Program-made: the position numbers and the translations under genes
Notes under the pieces: model-generated
Seen by the model: the letters and a program-made list of their open reading frames with translations, nothing else
Told to the model about the DNA's origin: nothing
The model's database searches: none
NCBI GenBank assembly: GCA_963796955.1
Contig: CAWCNJ010000009.1
Coordinates: forward strand, 30,492-94,491
Length of the DNA stretch: 64,000 bases
Direction of reading: 5' to 3'
Origin: Endomicrobiales bacterium
GTDB lineage: Bacteria; Elusimicrobiota; Endomicrobiia; Endomicrobiales; JALOBY01
In this document: in pieces, positions 46,256-56,339 of the stretch
How the letters are laid out: every line of letters begins with the position of its first letter
How positions within the stretch are numbered: position 1 is the stretch's first letter

Positions 46256-47998
46256 ATGAAGCTTTTTAACAAATTTTTGGCGGCGCTGCTGGTAAGTTCC
46301 CTGATACCGTTGATCGTGTACAGCGTTTTCCTGCTGATGACGACCGGAACGGTTTTGAAAAGCGTGGTTAACGAGAACAATACGCACGTCGCCGTCAATA
46401 TGGCGTCGGAAGCGAACCGGTTCTTCATGGATATAGAAAAAGGCCTGGATATCGCCCGCGAGATAGAGAAATCGCGGGTGAAGGTGAGCGATGCCCAGAA
46501 GACCGCCCTGTTGTTCACCGAGATGCAAAAGAACTCGATGTATTACGCGATCTATCTTCTTGACGATAATTTTAAGATAACCAGCGGCGTTTCAGCGTAT
46601 GATTACACCGCGACCGCGGGCATCGATGAAAGTATCGCGGTCAAGGCGCGGGATTTCAATAAGGTCAATGTCGGCAGTATCGGGTATATCTCTTCCGATA
46701 AACCGTTCGTTGACGTTATCTACCCGATCAACACGTTCCCCAGGGAATACCTGTACCTGAAAGTTAAACTGAAATCCCTGATGGCGCGTGTTGACAGCCA
46801 TCGTAAACCGGATGAAACGCCGACCGGGAAACAGGTCTATATTTTTGATGACGCCGGCGCGCAGACGTACCTTGCCGATAAGCCGCAGCCGGCGCTGGAC
46901 GCAAAAACAATGGATTACCTGCGTAACAAGGAATACGAAAAGGCTTTTGTCGAGAATAAGATGGTAAACATCGTCATGAAAACGCGCGGCCCCGAATGGA
47001 TATTGGTGTACCGTGAGCCTACCAAGGAAGCCTATGCGGAAATTTATAAGATGTTCATATCGGCGCTGGTGCTGATACTGCTTACCGCGGGCGCGGCGTT
47101 CCTGTTCGCCACGGGGCTTGCCCAGGGACTGGTAAAGCCCATAAAAACACTGGTCAGCGGTATAGAAGTTGTCGCTAAAAAGGGAGACCTTGATTATAAA
47201 CTGCCGCATGTGGATACCGCCGAGCTCAACCAGGTGTCGGATGCCTTCAACAGCATGACCGGCAAACTTAAAGAGATGCAGGTGGTCATGAAGCAGAGCG
47301 AAAGACTTTCCACCATCGGGCAAATGTCGAATATCCTTGGCCACGAGATACGCAACCCTCTTGCCGCAATGACCAATGCCATCTATCTTATCAGGATGGA
47401 ATTGAGCAAACTGGCGAATGCCAAAGAGCTGAAGGTTTTCAAACGCATAGATATCATAGAAAATGAGATCAACTCCACTAATAAGATCATAAACGACATG
47501 CTGGACTTTTCCCGTACGCGCCCGCCGGTGCTGTTCAAGCAGGATATGGGCGAGGTCGTTAAAGAAATACTTGAAAAAACGAAAATGCCGGATAAGGTAA
47601 CGCTGGAGCAGGAGTACAACGCCACCAGGAAGGTCAACGTCGACGTTGAAGAGATCAAACAGGTGGTGCGTAACCTGGTAAATAACGCGGTTGACGCAAT
47701 GGCGGACCGTCCGGTCGCGATGCTGACCATTTCAACCTCGGATGTGTTCATGCGGCGGGGCGAAGCGCAGGTCCCGGCGGTGCTTTTAGAGATCGCCGAT
47801 ACCGGCGGCGGTATACCGGACGATATCATGAAAAAAATATGGGAGCCGTTCTTCTCTACCAAATCAAAGGGTACGGGGCTCGGCCTTGCAGTGGTCAAAC
47901 GCATAATCGAAGAGAGGCACAAGGGGCTGATGGAGGTGCGCAGCATCGTAGGATCCGGCACCACTTTCTCTCTCAAACTGCCGGCCGCGCTTGAATAA
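46256..47998 (+). CDS. Sensor histidine kinase (TM - periplasmic Cache-like region - TM - HAMP - HisKA - HATPase_c)
   Basis: Two TM helices flank a ~250 aa extracytoplasmic region. HAMP: LVKPIKTL...; H-box LGHEIRNPLAAM; NLVNNAVDA, DTGGGI, GTGLGLAV. Confidence 0.85.
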   Translation: MKLFNKFLAALLVSSLIPLIVYSVFLLMTTGTVLKSVVNENNTHVAVNMASEANRFFMDIEKGLDIAREIEKSRVKVSDAQKTALLFTEMQKNSMYYAIYLLDDNFKITSGVSAYDYTATAGIDESIAVKARDFNKVNVGSIGYISSDKPFVDVIYPINTFPREYLYLKVKLKSLMARVDSHRKPDETPTGKQVYIFDDAGAQTYLADKPQPALDAKTMDYLRNKEYEKAFVENKMVNIVMKTRGPEWILVYREPTKEAYAEIYKMFISALVLILLTAGAAFLFATGLAQGLVKPIKTLVSGIEVVAKKGDLDYKLPHVDTAELNQVSDAFNSMTGKLKEMQVVMKQSERLSTIGQMSNILGHEIRNPLAAMTNAIYLIRMELSKLANAKELKVFKRIDIIENEINSTNKIINDMLDFSRTRPPVLFKQDMGEVVKEILEKTKMPDKVTLEQEYNATRKVNVDVEEIKQVVRNLVNNAVDAMADRPVAMLTISTSDVFMRRGEAQVPAVLLEIADTGGGIPDDIMKKIWEPFFSTKSKGTGLGLAVVKRIIEERHKGLMEVRSIVGSGTTFSLKLPAALE

Positions 47999-48014
47999 TT
48001 AACAAGGGGATTGT

Positions 48015-49673
48015 ATGAGCGAACTAGCTATTCTTATTGTTGACGATGATCCGGATATTCTGACGACCTTAGGCGATGTGCTCAAGGAAAACCAATGGCA
48101 TGTTGACCTGGCTGAAAACGGGACTAAGGCCGTGGCCCTGGTAAAAGACCAGGTGTATGATCTGGTGTTACTGGACGTCAATATGCCCGGGTTGGACGGT
48201 GTGCAGACCATGATGCAGATAAAGAACATCAGGCCTGAAACGATGGTTTTTCTGATGACCGGCGGCTCTCTTGACCGGATCAGGCAGTTGCAGGATAACC
48301 TTATACCGACGGTATTGCAAAAACCGATAGATGCCGCACGCATCGTGGCTATGGTCGCGGACCTGGAAAAGAAAGGCCAGGTGCTTGTCGTGGATGACGA
48401 TGAGAACGACCGGAACCTGCTCGCGGACCTGCTGGTTGAAAGCGGCTACCGGGTGAAGGCCGCCAAAAATGGGGCAGAAGGTGTTGCGCTCGCCGCCGAC
48501 AATGATTTCTCGGTCGCCCTTATAGACATGAAACTGCCGGACATGTCCGGCACTGAGGTTATGGAAAAGCTTAAGCAGCTCCAACCGGGTGTTTTTGTAA
48601 TAGTCATTTCCGGCTACAGTCTTGACGCGATCATGGACGAGGTCATAAAAAAAGGCGCGTACAGTTGTTTTGTCAAGCCCTTTAACGTTGAGATGCTGCT
48701 GAAGGAAATTGAGGCGGTAATGCATAAGAGCACGGAGCAGTCTTCCGATTCTTCGTTTAACGTTAAACCCCGTATCCTGATGGTGGATGACGATGAGAAC
48801 ATACGTGAGACGATGGCTGATATCGTCAGAGAGAATAACTATACCGTCGATACCGCCAGCTCGGTGGAGATGGCCCTTGAGCTGATATCAAAACACACGT
48901 ATAATGTCGTCGTCTCCGACCTTAAAATGGGCGACCGCCAGGGTCTGGAACTGGTAGATCCCGTCCACGAGCGTAATCCCGGGACGGCCTTCCTGCTGAT
49001 GACCGGGCAGGGAACCATGGAGACGGCGCTTGAAGCGATCAAGAAAGGCGTCAACGAGTATTTGCTGAAACCGTTACAGCCCGCCGATCTGCTGCATAAG
49101 CTGGAGGTGCTGCTGGAGACGCAGCAGCTGCAGATGGAAAAAGACATGCTGATGAAGGAAGTAATGGAATCTAACGTTAAATTGCAGGAAATAACCCGCA
49201 TAGACGAACTGACCCAGGTGCTGAGCCGCCGCTGCCTGTTCGAAGTGCTTTATGGCGAGCTGCAGCGCGCGAAACGGCAGAAGACTTTGATCAGTCTTTT
49301 CATGTGTGATGTTGATGGATTTAAAAGGTATAATGATACGTACGGGCACGTGGAGGGAGATAAGCTGCTGCGTACCATTGCCGACATACTTAAAACAACG
49401 GTGCGCCAATTCCTGGACCAGGTATTCCGCTACGGCGGAGATGAATTCGCCATCGTGCTGCCGGGCGTGGACGAACCGATCGCCCGCGATGTGGCGGAAC
49501 GCATCTTGAAGAATGTCGTTGAAAAAGTCGGGCCTTTCAATGTCGGTATAAGCATCGGCGGCGTTTGTTATTCCGGCTCACAGACGGAAATTAACGTCAA
49601 CGAACTGATAGACATAGCTGACAAGAAGCTGTATGAGGGTAAAAAGGCCGGCAAAGGTAGATTTGTAATTTAA
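48015..49673 (+). CDS. Response regulator with three tandem receiver domains and a GGDEF output (diguanylate cyclase)
   Basis: REC1 ILIVDDD...[11 protein letters not shown]; REC2 VLVVDDD...[11 protein letters not shown]; REC3 ILMVDDD...[12 protein letters not shown]. Then DELT...[19 protein letters not shown]...RYGGDEF. Confidence 0.85.
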   Translation: MSELAILIVDDDPDILTTLGDVLKENQWHVDLAENGTKAVALVKDQVYDLVLLDVNMPGLDGVQTMMQIKNIRPETMVFLMTGGSLDRIRQLQDNLIPTVLQKPIDAARIVAMVADLEKKGQVLVVDDDENDRNLLADLLVESGYRVKAAKNGAEGVALAADNDFSVALIDMKLPDMSGTEVMEKLKQLQPGVFVIVISGYSLDAIMDEVIKKGAYSCFVKPFNVEMLLKEIEAVMHKSTEQSSDSSFNVKPRILMVDDDENIRETMADIVRENNYTVDTASSVEMALELISKHTYNVVVSDLKMGDRQGLELVDPVHERNPGTAFLLMTGQGTMETALEAIKKGVNEYLLKPLQPADLLHKLEVLLETQQLQMEKDMLMKEVMESNVKLQEITRIDELTQVLSRRCLFEVLYGELQRAKRQKTLISLFMCDVDGFKRYNDTYGHVEGDKLLRTIADILKTTVRQFLDQVFRYGGDEFAIVLPGVDEPIARDVAERILKNVVEKVGPFNVGISIGGVCYSGSQTEINVNELIDIADKKLYEGKKAGKGRFVI

Positions 49674-52489
49674 TGGGAAAAATAGTAATACGCGGCGCAC
49701 GCCAGCATAATTTAAAGAATATAAGTTTAGAGATCCCGCGCGACAAACTGGTTGTCATAACTGGGCTTTCTGGTTCCGGCAAGTCTTCGCTTGCCTTCGA
49801 CACGATCTACGCCGAAGGACAACGTCGCTACGTCGAGTCCTTGTCCGCCTATGCCCGCCAGTTCCTGGAGCTGATGGAAAAGCCCGATCTGGATACGATC
49901 GAAGGGCTTTCGCCCGCGATCGCGATCGAACAGCGCAATCCCTCTCACAATCCCCGGTCGACCGTCGGCACCGTAACGGAACTGTATGATTACCTGCGCC
50001 TTCTTTTCGCCCGCATCGGTGTGCCGCATTGCTACAAGTGCGGCAAGGAAATACGGCCGCAATCCGCGCAGCAGATAATCGACGGGTTGATGAAACTGCC
50101 GGCCGGCACGAAATTACAGGTGCTTTCTCCCGTGGTCAACGGACGCATCGGCACCTACGAAGAACTGTTCAAACGTTTCACAAAATCCGGTTTCGTGCGC
50201 GCCCGGGTTGACAAGCAGATCGTCGATATCGGTGAAAAGATCAAGCTGGACCGCTATAAGAAACATACTATCGAGCTGGTCGTCGACAGACTGGTCATAG
50301 GCCCCGACATACGCTCAAGGCTTGCTGATTCTGTCGAGACTTCCTTGAAAGAATCCAAGGGTCTGGTATTGGCCCTGATAGAGCAACCGGGAGCCGTAAA
50401 AGAAGAACGATTGTTTTCCGAACATTATGCCTGCCCTGAGTGCGGCATAAGTATGCCCGACCTTGAACCCCGCTTATTCTCCTTTAACTCTCCCTACGGC
50501 GCCTGCCCGGATTGCACGGGCCTCGGCGTAAAGATAGAAATAGACGAAGATCTGGTGGTGCCCGATGTTACCCGTTCCATAGAGAACGGCGCGATAGCCG
50601 CCTGGTCCAACCCCATAACGACCCGTACGAACCGCTGGAAAAATTCCTGGGGCGGCTACTACGAAGAACTCCTTACCTCGGCCGCAAGACGGAACAGTAT
50701 TCCGTTGAACAAACCGTGGAAGACCCTCACCCGTGCCCAGCAGGAAGTGATGCTTTTTGGCGACGGGGATTTTGAAGGCGTTATAACGAACCTCAAAAGA
50801 CGGTATGCCGAAACAGAATCGGACTTTGTGCGTGAAGAAGTGCGCGCTAAATACATGCGTGAGAAAACCTGCCCGACCTGCGGCGGCATGCGCTTGAAAA
50901 AAGAAGTGCTGGCTGTCATGGTGGGAAAGAGATCGATCGTGGATGTTACCAAATTATCGGTGATCGCCGCGATAGAGTTCTTCGACAACCTTGCCCTGTC
51001 GGAGAAAGATAAGAATATCAGCCGCATAATCATGAAAGAGATAAACGCCCGCCTGAGATTTTTATTCAATGTGGGCCTCGGCTATCTTACGATAGACCGC
51101 CAGAGTTCCACCCTTGCCGGCGGAGAAGCCCAGCGCATACATTTGGCGACACAGATAGGCTCCGGCCTGACCGGCGTGCTGTACGTGCTGGATGAGCCCT
51201 CTATCGGCCTGCACCAGCGCGATAACAAGCGCCTGCTCGATACGCTCATTAAATTACGGGATCTGGGAAACACCTTGATCGTGGTGGAACACGACGAAGA
51301 GACCATGCGCATGGCCGATTGGCTTATCGACCTTGGCCCGGGCGCCGGGGTCCACGGCGGGCATATTGTTGCCGAGGGTCCGGTCTCAAAAGTCTTGAAG
51401 TCAAAGGATTCTCTCACGGCACAGTACCTTAACGGGAAATTGGTCATACCGCTTCCCGCGCGGCGCAGGGAGCCGCGTGAAGATAAATGGATCAATATCG
51501 TCGGCGCCAAACAGTTCAACCTCAAAAATATCAACGTTAACATCCCCCTGGGGCTTATGGTTTGCATCACCGGTGTTTCGGGTTCCGGCAAGTCTACGCT
51601 GGTCCACGATATCCTTTACCGGTCGGTTTCGCAGAAACTGTACACCACCCGGGAGCTGCCCGGCAAAGTGAAAGAAGTGCGCGGCATTGAAAATCTGGAC
51701 AGGGTTATCATTGTGGATCAGTCTCCCATCGGGCGCACACCCAGGTCCAACCCGGTCACGTATACCGGCTCGTTCGGCGCTATCCGTGATCTCTTTTCAT
51801 CGCTGCCCGAAGCAAAACGCAGGGGTTACCAGCCCGGCAGGTTCTCGTTCAATGTTAAAGGCGGCCGCTGCGAGAATTGCGAAGGCGACGGTACTATAAA
51901 GATCGCCATGCAGTTCCTGCCCGACGTGTACGTGCATTGCGAAGTCTGCGGCGGGAAAAGATTCAATGAAGAAACGCTGCAAATCAAATATAACGGAAAG
52001 AGCATCTACGAAGTGCTGGATATGACGGTAGAGGAAGGCCTGGAATTTTTTAAAAATATCCCGCTGCTGGCACGGGTGCTGGGCACGCTCAACGACGTGG
52101 GCCTTGGCTACATAAAACTCGGCCAGAGCGCCAATACGCTCTCCGGCGGCGAAGCCCAGCGTGTAAAGCTGGCAACGGAGCTCTCAAAACGCTCCAGCGG
52201 CCGGGCGCTCTATATTTTAGATGAACCAACGACCGGCCTTCATTTCGCGGACGTCCATAAACTGCTGGATGTTCTGCACCGGCTGGTGGATTACGGCAAT
52301 ACCGTTCTTGTTATAGAACATAACCTGGAGGTAATAAAAACCGCCGACTGGATAGTGGACCTGGGCCCTGAAGGCGGCGAAGCCGGCGGCCAGGTAGTAG
52401 CTTTCGGCACCCCGGAGAAAGTTGTTGAGTGCAAAAATTCCTACACCGGTCACTATTTAAAAGACTATTTAAAAGCAAAACGTTCTTAA
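49673..52489 (+). CDS. uvrA: Excinuclease ABC subunit A
   Basis: [12 protein letters not shown]...[14 protein letters not shown]. Zn-finger Cys pairs; second ABC module [10 protein letters not shown]; LSGGEAQR twice. Confidence 0.97.
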   Translation: MGKIVIRGARQHNLKNISLEIPRDKLVVITGLSGSGKSSLAFDTIYAEGQRRYVESLSAYARQFLELMEKPDLDTIEGLSPAIAIEQRNPSHNPRSTVGTVTELYDYLRLLFARIGVPHCYKCGKEIRPQSAQQIIDGLMKLPAGTKLQVLSPVVNGRIGTYEELFKRFTKSGFVRARVDKQIVDIGEKIKLDRYKKHTIELVVDRLVIGPDIRSRLADSVETSLKESKGLVLALIEQPGAVKEERLFSEHYACPECGISMPDLEPRLFSFNSPYGACPDCTGLGVKIEIDEDLVVPDVTRSIENGAIAAWSNPITTRTNRWKNSWGGYYEELLTSAARRNSIPLNKPWKTLTRAQQEVMLFGDGDFEGVITNLKRRYAETESDFVREEVRAKYMREKTCPTCGGMRLKKEVLAVMVGKRSIVDVTKLSVIAAIEFFDNLALSEKDKNISRIIMKEINARLRFLFNVGLGYLTIDRQSSTLAGGEAQRIHLATQIGSGLTGVLYVLDEPSIGLHQRDNKRLLDTLIKLRDLGNTLIVVEHDEETMRMADWLIDLGPGAGVHGGHIVAEGPVSKVLKSKDSLTAQYLNGKLVIPLPARRREPREDKWINIVGAKQFNLKNINVNIPLGLMVCITGVSGSGKSTLVHDILYRSVSQKLYTTRELPGKVKEVRGIENLDRVIIVDQSPIGRTPRSNPVTYTGSFGAIRDLFSSLPEAKRRGYQPGRFSFNVKGGRCENCEGDGTIKIAMQFLPDVYVHCEVCGGKRFNEETLQIKYNGKSIYEVLDMTVEEGLEFFKNIPLLARVLGTLNDVGLGYIKLGQSANTLSGGEAQRVKLATELSKRSSGRALYILDEPTTGLHFADVHKLLDVLHRLVDYGNTVLVIEHNLEVIKTADWIVDLGPEGGEAGGQVVAFGTPEKVVECKNSYTGHYLKDYLKAKRS

Positions 52490-52499
52490 GGTTCGTTTC

Positions 52500-52528
52500 T
52501 TGACACCTGTTGAAGTAAAAGTTACTAT
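52500..52528 (+). promoter_or_regulatory. Sigma-70-like promoter for the pal-cpoB-tolA-tolB operon
   Basis: TTGACA - 17 nt - TACTAT, 44 nt upstream of ATG 52572. Confidence 0.5.
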
Positions 52529-52571
52529 ATAGAAATACTAAATGTAATAATATAATTAAGGGGTGTGCAAC

Positions 52572-53069
52572 ATGAAAAGGTATTTTTTATTGTTGGTCGT
52601 TGTTGGTGTGATGTTCGCGGGATGCGCTAAGAAACAGATGTTGAGACCTGAACCGATCGTCCCTGTCGTTCCTCAGGCAACGGAAAGCAAGGAAGAGCCC
52701 TCTATACGGTACGACGACTGGACGGAAACGGCCGGTGTTTCGATCGTGTATTTCGATTACGATTCCTCAAACCTGACCGACGACGGCCGCGCCGTGCTTA
52801 AGACCAACGCGGAATTCCTGAAATCCAATGTCGGTATGGAAGTGCTGGTGGAAGGTCACTGTGACGAACGCGGCACCGTTGAATATAACCTTGCCCTCGG
52901 CCAGCGCCGCGCCGCCGCGGTCCGTGAATACTACATAACCCTCGGCGTTCCCGCAGCCTCGATCGGTACCATCTCGTATGGAAAAGAAAGGCCCGCCGCT
53001 CCCGGTAACTCTGAAGCTGCCTGGGCGAAGAACCGCCGGGCGGTGACCAAGATCCGCAATAAAAAATAA
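52572..53069 (+). CDS. pal: Peptidoglycan-associated lipoprotein (OmpA-like domain)
   Basis: Lipobox FAGC. VYFDYDSSNL......L..NA..L......V..EGHCDERGT.EYNLALGQRRA..V..Y...G. Confidence 0.88.
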   Translation: MKRYFLLLVVVGVMFAGCAKKQMLRPEPIVPVVPQATESKEEPSIRYDDWTETAGVSIVYFDYDSSNLTDDGRAVLKTNAEFLKSNVGMEVLVEGHCDERGTVEYNLALGQRRAAAVREYYITLGVPAASIGTISYGKERPAAPGNSEAAWAKNRRAVTKIRNKK

Positions 53070-53072
53070 ACA

Positions 53073-53786
53073 ATGAAAAAGAACCTTGTCCTTATCCTGA
53101 TCGCCTGTTCTCCTCTGGTGTTGGCCGGGTGCGTGGCAACGTCGCAGGACATGCTGAATATGCGCGACGATATGTACCAGCTGCTTACCAAACTTAATGA
53201 AGTGCAGCGCAACCAGGCCGATCTTTCCGCCAAAATGGATACGGTTGTCGGTAAGATGGATATGCTTGGCTCAAAACTTGAAGAGACGCAGAACCGCATG
53301 TCGCTGCTGGGCCAGCGCCTGGACGATGTGGAAACAAATCTCTCACAACGCACGGGAAAACTTTTTGAACAGCTTTCCGGTACCGCCTTGAACGCGGGCC
53401 CCATGCCGTCGGATCTTTACCGCATGGCGTACGGCGATTTTTCGGCTGGAAAATATGACCTTGCTATAACGGGTTTTAAATCTTATCTGGACAAATACGC
53501 CACGGGCGCCCTGGCAGACCAGGCGCAGTACTATATCGGCGAAAGCGCGTATGCCAAAAGTGATTGGCAGGGGGCATTTGACGGTTTTGACGCCGTTGAA
53601 AAACGCTATCCGACCAGTTCACTCATCCCGGCTGCCCGCTTAAAGAAGGCTGCCTGCCTTGAGATGCTCGGAAAAAAAGACGATGCAAAAGGGCTGCTGC
53701 AGGCTCTGATAAAAGATTATCCAAATTCCGCCGAGGCTCAGACGGCCCGCGAAAAACTGGGTACTTCCGCCCCCAATGGCAAATGA
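53073..53786 (+). CDS. cpoB: Tol-Pal system protein CpoB/YbgF
   Basis: Lipoprotein-type signal; N-terminal coiled coil (LNEVQRNQADL...). C-terminal TPR block: YRMAYGDFSAGKYDLAI.GFK.YL.KY......A.YY.GE..Y. Confidence 0.8.
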   Translation: MKKNLVLILIACSPLVLAGCVATSQDMLNMRDDMYQLLTKLNEVQRNQADLSAKMDTVVGKMDMLGSKLEETQNRMSLLGQRLDDVETNLSQRTGKLFEQLSGTALNAGPMPSDLYRMAYGDFSAGKYDLAITGFKSYLDKYATGALADQAQYYIGESAYAKSDWQGAFDGFDAVEKRYPTSSLIPAARLKKAACLEMLGKKDDAKGLLQALIKDYPNSAEAQTAREKLGTSAPNGK

Positions 53787-54420
53787 CCTTAAACCCTTCC
53801 TGCTGATCTCGCTGTTGCTGCATCTGGTGTTTTTTATCGCGACAGCCGTGCACTCAAAGAAGATCCTCTACGTTAACCTGCCCGTAGACCTTATATTTTC
53901 AAACCCGCCTTCCGCCGCTCCCCAGGAGGCGCAGGCGGTCGTACCGGCACCAAAAGAGAAAGAGCCGGTAGTACCGAAAAAACAAAAGAAAACGATCGCG
54001 AAAACCGTAAAAAAACAAGAGATCAAAAAAGAAGAAGCGCCGAAACCTCAGGTGCAGCAACAGCCTCAAGCCCAGGCGCAGCCGCAGGCTCCGGTTAATA
54101 CGAATGCCGCACCGAACAGCCCTATCAGCCTGGACGCCGCGAAATTTCCCTACGCCTATTACACCAACATGATAGTAAAACGCATAAACCGCAACTGGCA
54201 GTGGGCCCAGTCTTTCGGCAGGATGAAAGCGGTCATATATTTCAAGATACAGAAAGACGGGCGGATAACCGACATAGCGGTAAAGACCTCTTCCGGCGAA
54301 GCGCTCTTCGATCAGCAGGCGGTGCGCGCGGTAAGCCTTGCCGATCCCCTGGCCCCGCTGCCGGACGGCTACGGCGAGTCAGATCTGGGCGTCTATTTCG
54401 AATTTCAGTTCAGGGAGTAA
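53776..54420 (+). CDS. tolA: TolA-like protein (TM anchor, Pro/Lys/Gln-rich spacer, TolA/TonB C-terminal domain)
   Basis: LLISLLLHLVFFIA; spacer KEKEPVVPKKQKK...QQQPQAQAQPQAP. C-terminus: YYTNMIVKRINRNWQW...VIYFKIQKDGRI.DI.V..SSG...FD..A.RAV....PL.PLP. Confidence 0.7.
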   Translation: MANDLKPFLLISLLLHLVFFIATAVHSKKILYVNLPVDLIFSNPPSAAPQEAQAVVPAPKEKEPVVPKKQKKTIAKTVKKQEIKKEEAPKPQVQQQPQAQAQPQAPVNTNAAPNSPISLDAAKFPYAYYTNMIVKRINRNWQWAQSFGRMKAVIYFKIQKDGRITDIAVKTSSGEALFDQQAVRAVSLADPLAPLPDGYGESDLGVYFEFQFRE

Positions 54421-54421
54421 T

Positions 54422-55687
54422 ATGAAAAAAATAGTTGCCGTATTGATTTTTATATTCATCGCTTCCACGGCCCAGGCGGTCGATGTGTACCTGAAACTTA
54501 TGTCGCATGGCGCCAGGATGAACGTCGGTGTGGCCGGCTTTCTGCCGAAGAACGCGACGATCGAAGAGGCGAAACTGGGCCGCCAGATACAGGGTGTTGT
54601 GCGAAACGACCTGCTGTATTCACGCTATTTCGATATCCTTAACGACGGTCCGCTCTATACCGGCAAGGATATAGAACTAAAAGAATGGCAGGACCTGGGC
54701 GCGGCGGTGCTCGTCTGCGGATCGTTGAGAATAGACACCAATACCGTATTCCTGACAGCGCAGATATTCGATATAGACAGCAACTCCGTGATCTGGGATA
54801 AAACGCTCAGCGATGATGTGCGTAACTGGCGCAAGCTCGCGCATCTGGTGAACGATGAAATTGTGCTGCGTTTTACCGGCGAGCGCGGCATAGCGCATAC
54901 AAAACTCGTGTTTTCCAATGATTCAACCGGTTCTAAAGAACTATGCACCGTCGATTACGACGGCGCATCTTTTGAACGTCTTACCAGCGATCATTCCATC
55001 AACATTCTGCCGAAATGGGGAAGCGATAACAAAGAGATACTGTACACGACCTTCCGTTTCGGCAATCCGGACCTCTACGCAATAAGGGTCAACGGTTCAG
55101 GACGCAGGGCTGTTTCCACCCGGCAGGGCCTTAACACCGCAGCGGTATTTTCGCCGGATTGTTCACAGATCGCCCTTACCATCAGCAACGGGAAAAACCC
55201 CAACCTGTACCTGCTTAACCGCGATGGCAGCCTGGTGCGGCAGCTGACGTTCGGGCGGGCTATACAGACCAGTCCCTCTTTTGCGCCGAACGGAAGGGAG
55301 CTGGTGTACGTTTCAGATAAATCCACGTATCCCCAGCTTTACATTATGGGTCTTGACGGCACGAATGAGCGGAAATTGCCCACCGACGGGTATTGCGATT
55401 CGCCCTGCTGGTCCCCGCGCGGCGATAAAATAGTGTTCGCCCAGCGCCAGGGCAGGGATAACTACGATATTTACATTTACGACCTGGCCTCCACCCGCGT
55501 CTCGCGCCTTACCCAGAACCAGGGAACGAACGAAAATCCTTTCTGGTCACCGGACGGACGCTTTATCGTTTTCAGTTCCACTCGCTCCGGCCGCAAAGAG
55601 CTCTATATCATTGCCGCCGACGGATCGGGAGCCCGCAAACTGACGGACCTGGCCGGTAACTCCGCGACGCCCTCCTGGTCTCCCTGA
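54422..55687 (+). CDS. tolB: Tol-Pal system beta-propeller protein TolB
   Basis: Signal peptide; N-terminal TolB domain. Repeated propeller blades: P.WSPDG..I.F.S.R.G...LY (FWSPDGRFIVFSSTRSGRKELY, etc.). Confidence 0.88.
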   Translation: MKKIVAVLIFIFIASTAQAVDVYLKLMSHGARMNVGVAGFLPKNATIEEAKLGRQIQGVVRNDLLYSRYFDILNDGPLYTGKDIELKEWQDLGAAVLVCGSLRIDTNTVFLTAQIFDIDSNSVIWDKTLSDDVRNWRKLAHLVNDEIVLRFTGERGIAHTKLVFSNDSTGSKELCTVDYDGASFERLTSDHSINILPKWGSDNKEILYTTFRFGNPDLYAIRVNGSGRRAVSTRQGLNTAAVFSPDCSQIALTISNGKNPNLYLLNRDGSLVRQLTFGRAIQTSPSFAPNGRELVYVSDKSTYPQLYIMGLDGTNERKLPTDGYCDSPCWSPRGDKIVFAQRQGRDNYDIYIYDLASTRVSRLTQNQGTNENPFWSPDGRFIVFSSTRSGRKELYIIAADGSGARKLTDLAGNSATPSWSP

Positions 55688-55704
55688 ACACTACGTAATA
55701 AACC

Positions 55705-55733
55705 TTGCAAACACTTCGATAACACGTTAAACT
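55705..55733 (+). promoter_or_regulatory. Sigma-70-like promoter upstream of the SpoVG-like gene
   Basis: TTGCAA - 17 nt - TAAACT. Confidence 0.35.
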
Positions 55734-55778
55734 TACTATAAGTCAGTTTAAAATATTTGATAATAAGGCGGGGGTTAA

Positions 55779-56339
55779 TTGAGATATTTTCTTCGAACAG
55801 TTCTGCTGATCTGCCTGGCCGCGAACGTGTGCTTTGCTACCGCCCCTTCCGTGATAACAGTGACCTCCCTTACGGCGACCCAGAACGGCAAGGCGTGCGA
55901 AATAACATTAAATAACGCCCTTACCATCCGTGAAATAAATATCGTGAACGTCGGTGGACGTACCCTGCTGAAATTCCCCGAATCCATTTCCAAACGCGGC
56001 AAGATATTCCCACAGGTGCGCCTTACTTCAAGGCAGGCGCGCGAAGCGGTCTATTCTGCCGTAGAAAAACATGCACCCTCCAGCCACTGGGGGCCGCTGA
56101 GCTTTGAGGTGTCGAAAGTAATGCGCTACGGTAAAAAATCCTCGCTGAAGGCTTTCGTGTCGGTCGTTTTCGGCGGGGGGGTGGAAATAGAAAGCCGGGT
56201 CATCACCGGCAGCAAGGGATTGTTCGTCGCCTGGCCCGCACGTAAATCCGGTAGTCAGTGGGTAGATCAGGTTACGATCGACGATCCTAAAATAAAAAGT
56301 GAAGTGGAGGCAGCGATCATTGCAGCCTACGAGAAATAA
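55779..56339 (+). CDS. Tandem SpoVG-like domain protein with an N-terminal signal-peptide-like segment
   Basis: MRYFLRTVLLICLAANVCFATA. Domain 1: ACEITLNNALTIREINIVNVGGRTLLKFP. Domain 2: LKAFVSVVFGGGVEIESRVITGSKGLFVAWPARKSGSQWVDQVTIDDPKIKSEVEAAII, close to the SpoVG pattern ..lkA.asv.fd..f.v.d.rvi.g..GlFVamPsrk. Confidence 0.6.
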   Translation: MRYFLRTVLLICLAANVCFATAPSVITVTSLTATQNGKACEITLNNALTIREINIVNVGGRTLLKFPESISKRGKIFPQVRLTSRQAREAVYSAVEKHAPSSHWGPLSFEVSKVMRYGKKSSLKAFVSVVFGGGVEIESRVITGSKGLFVAWPARKSGSQWVDQVTIDDPKIKSEVEAAIIAAYEK

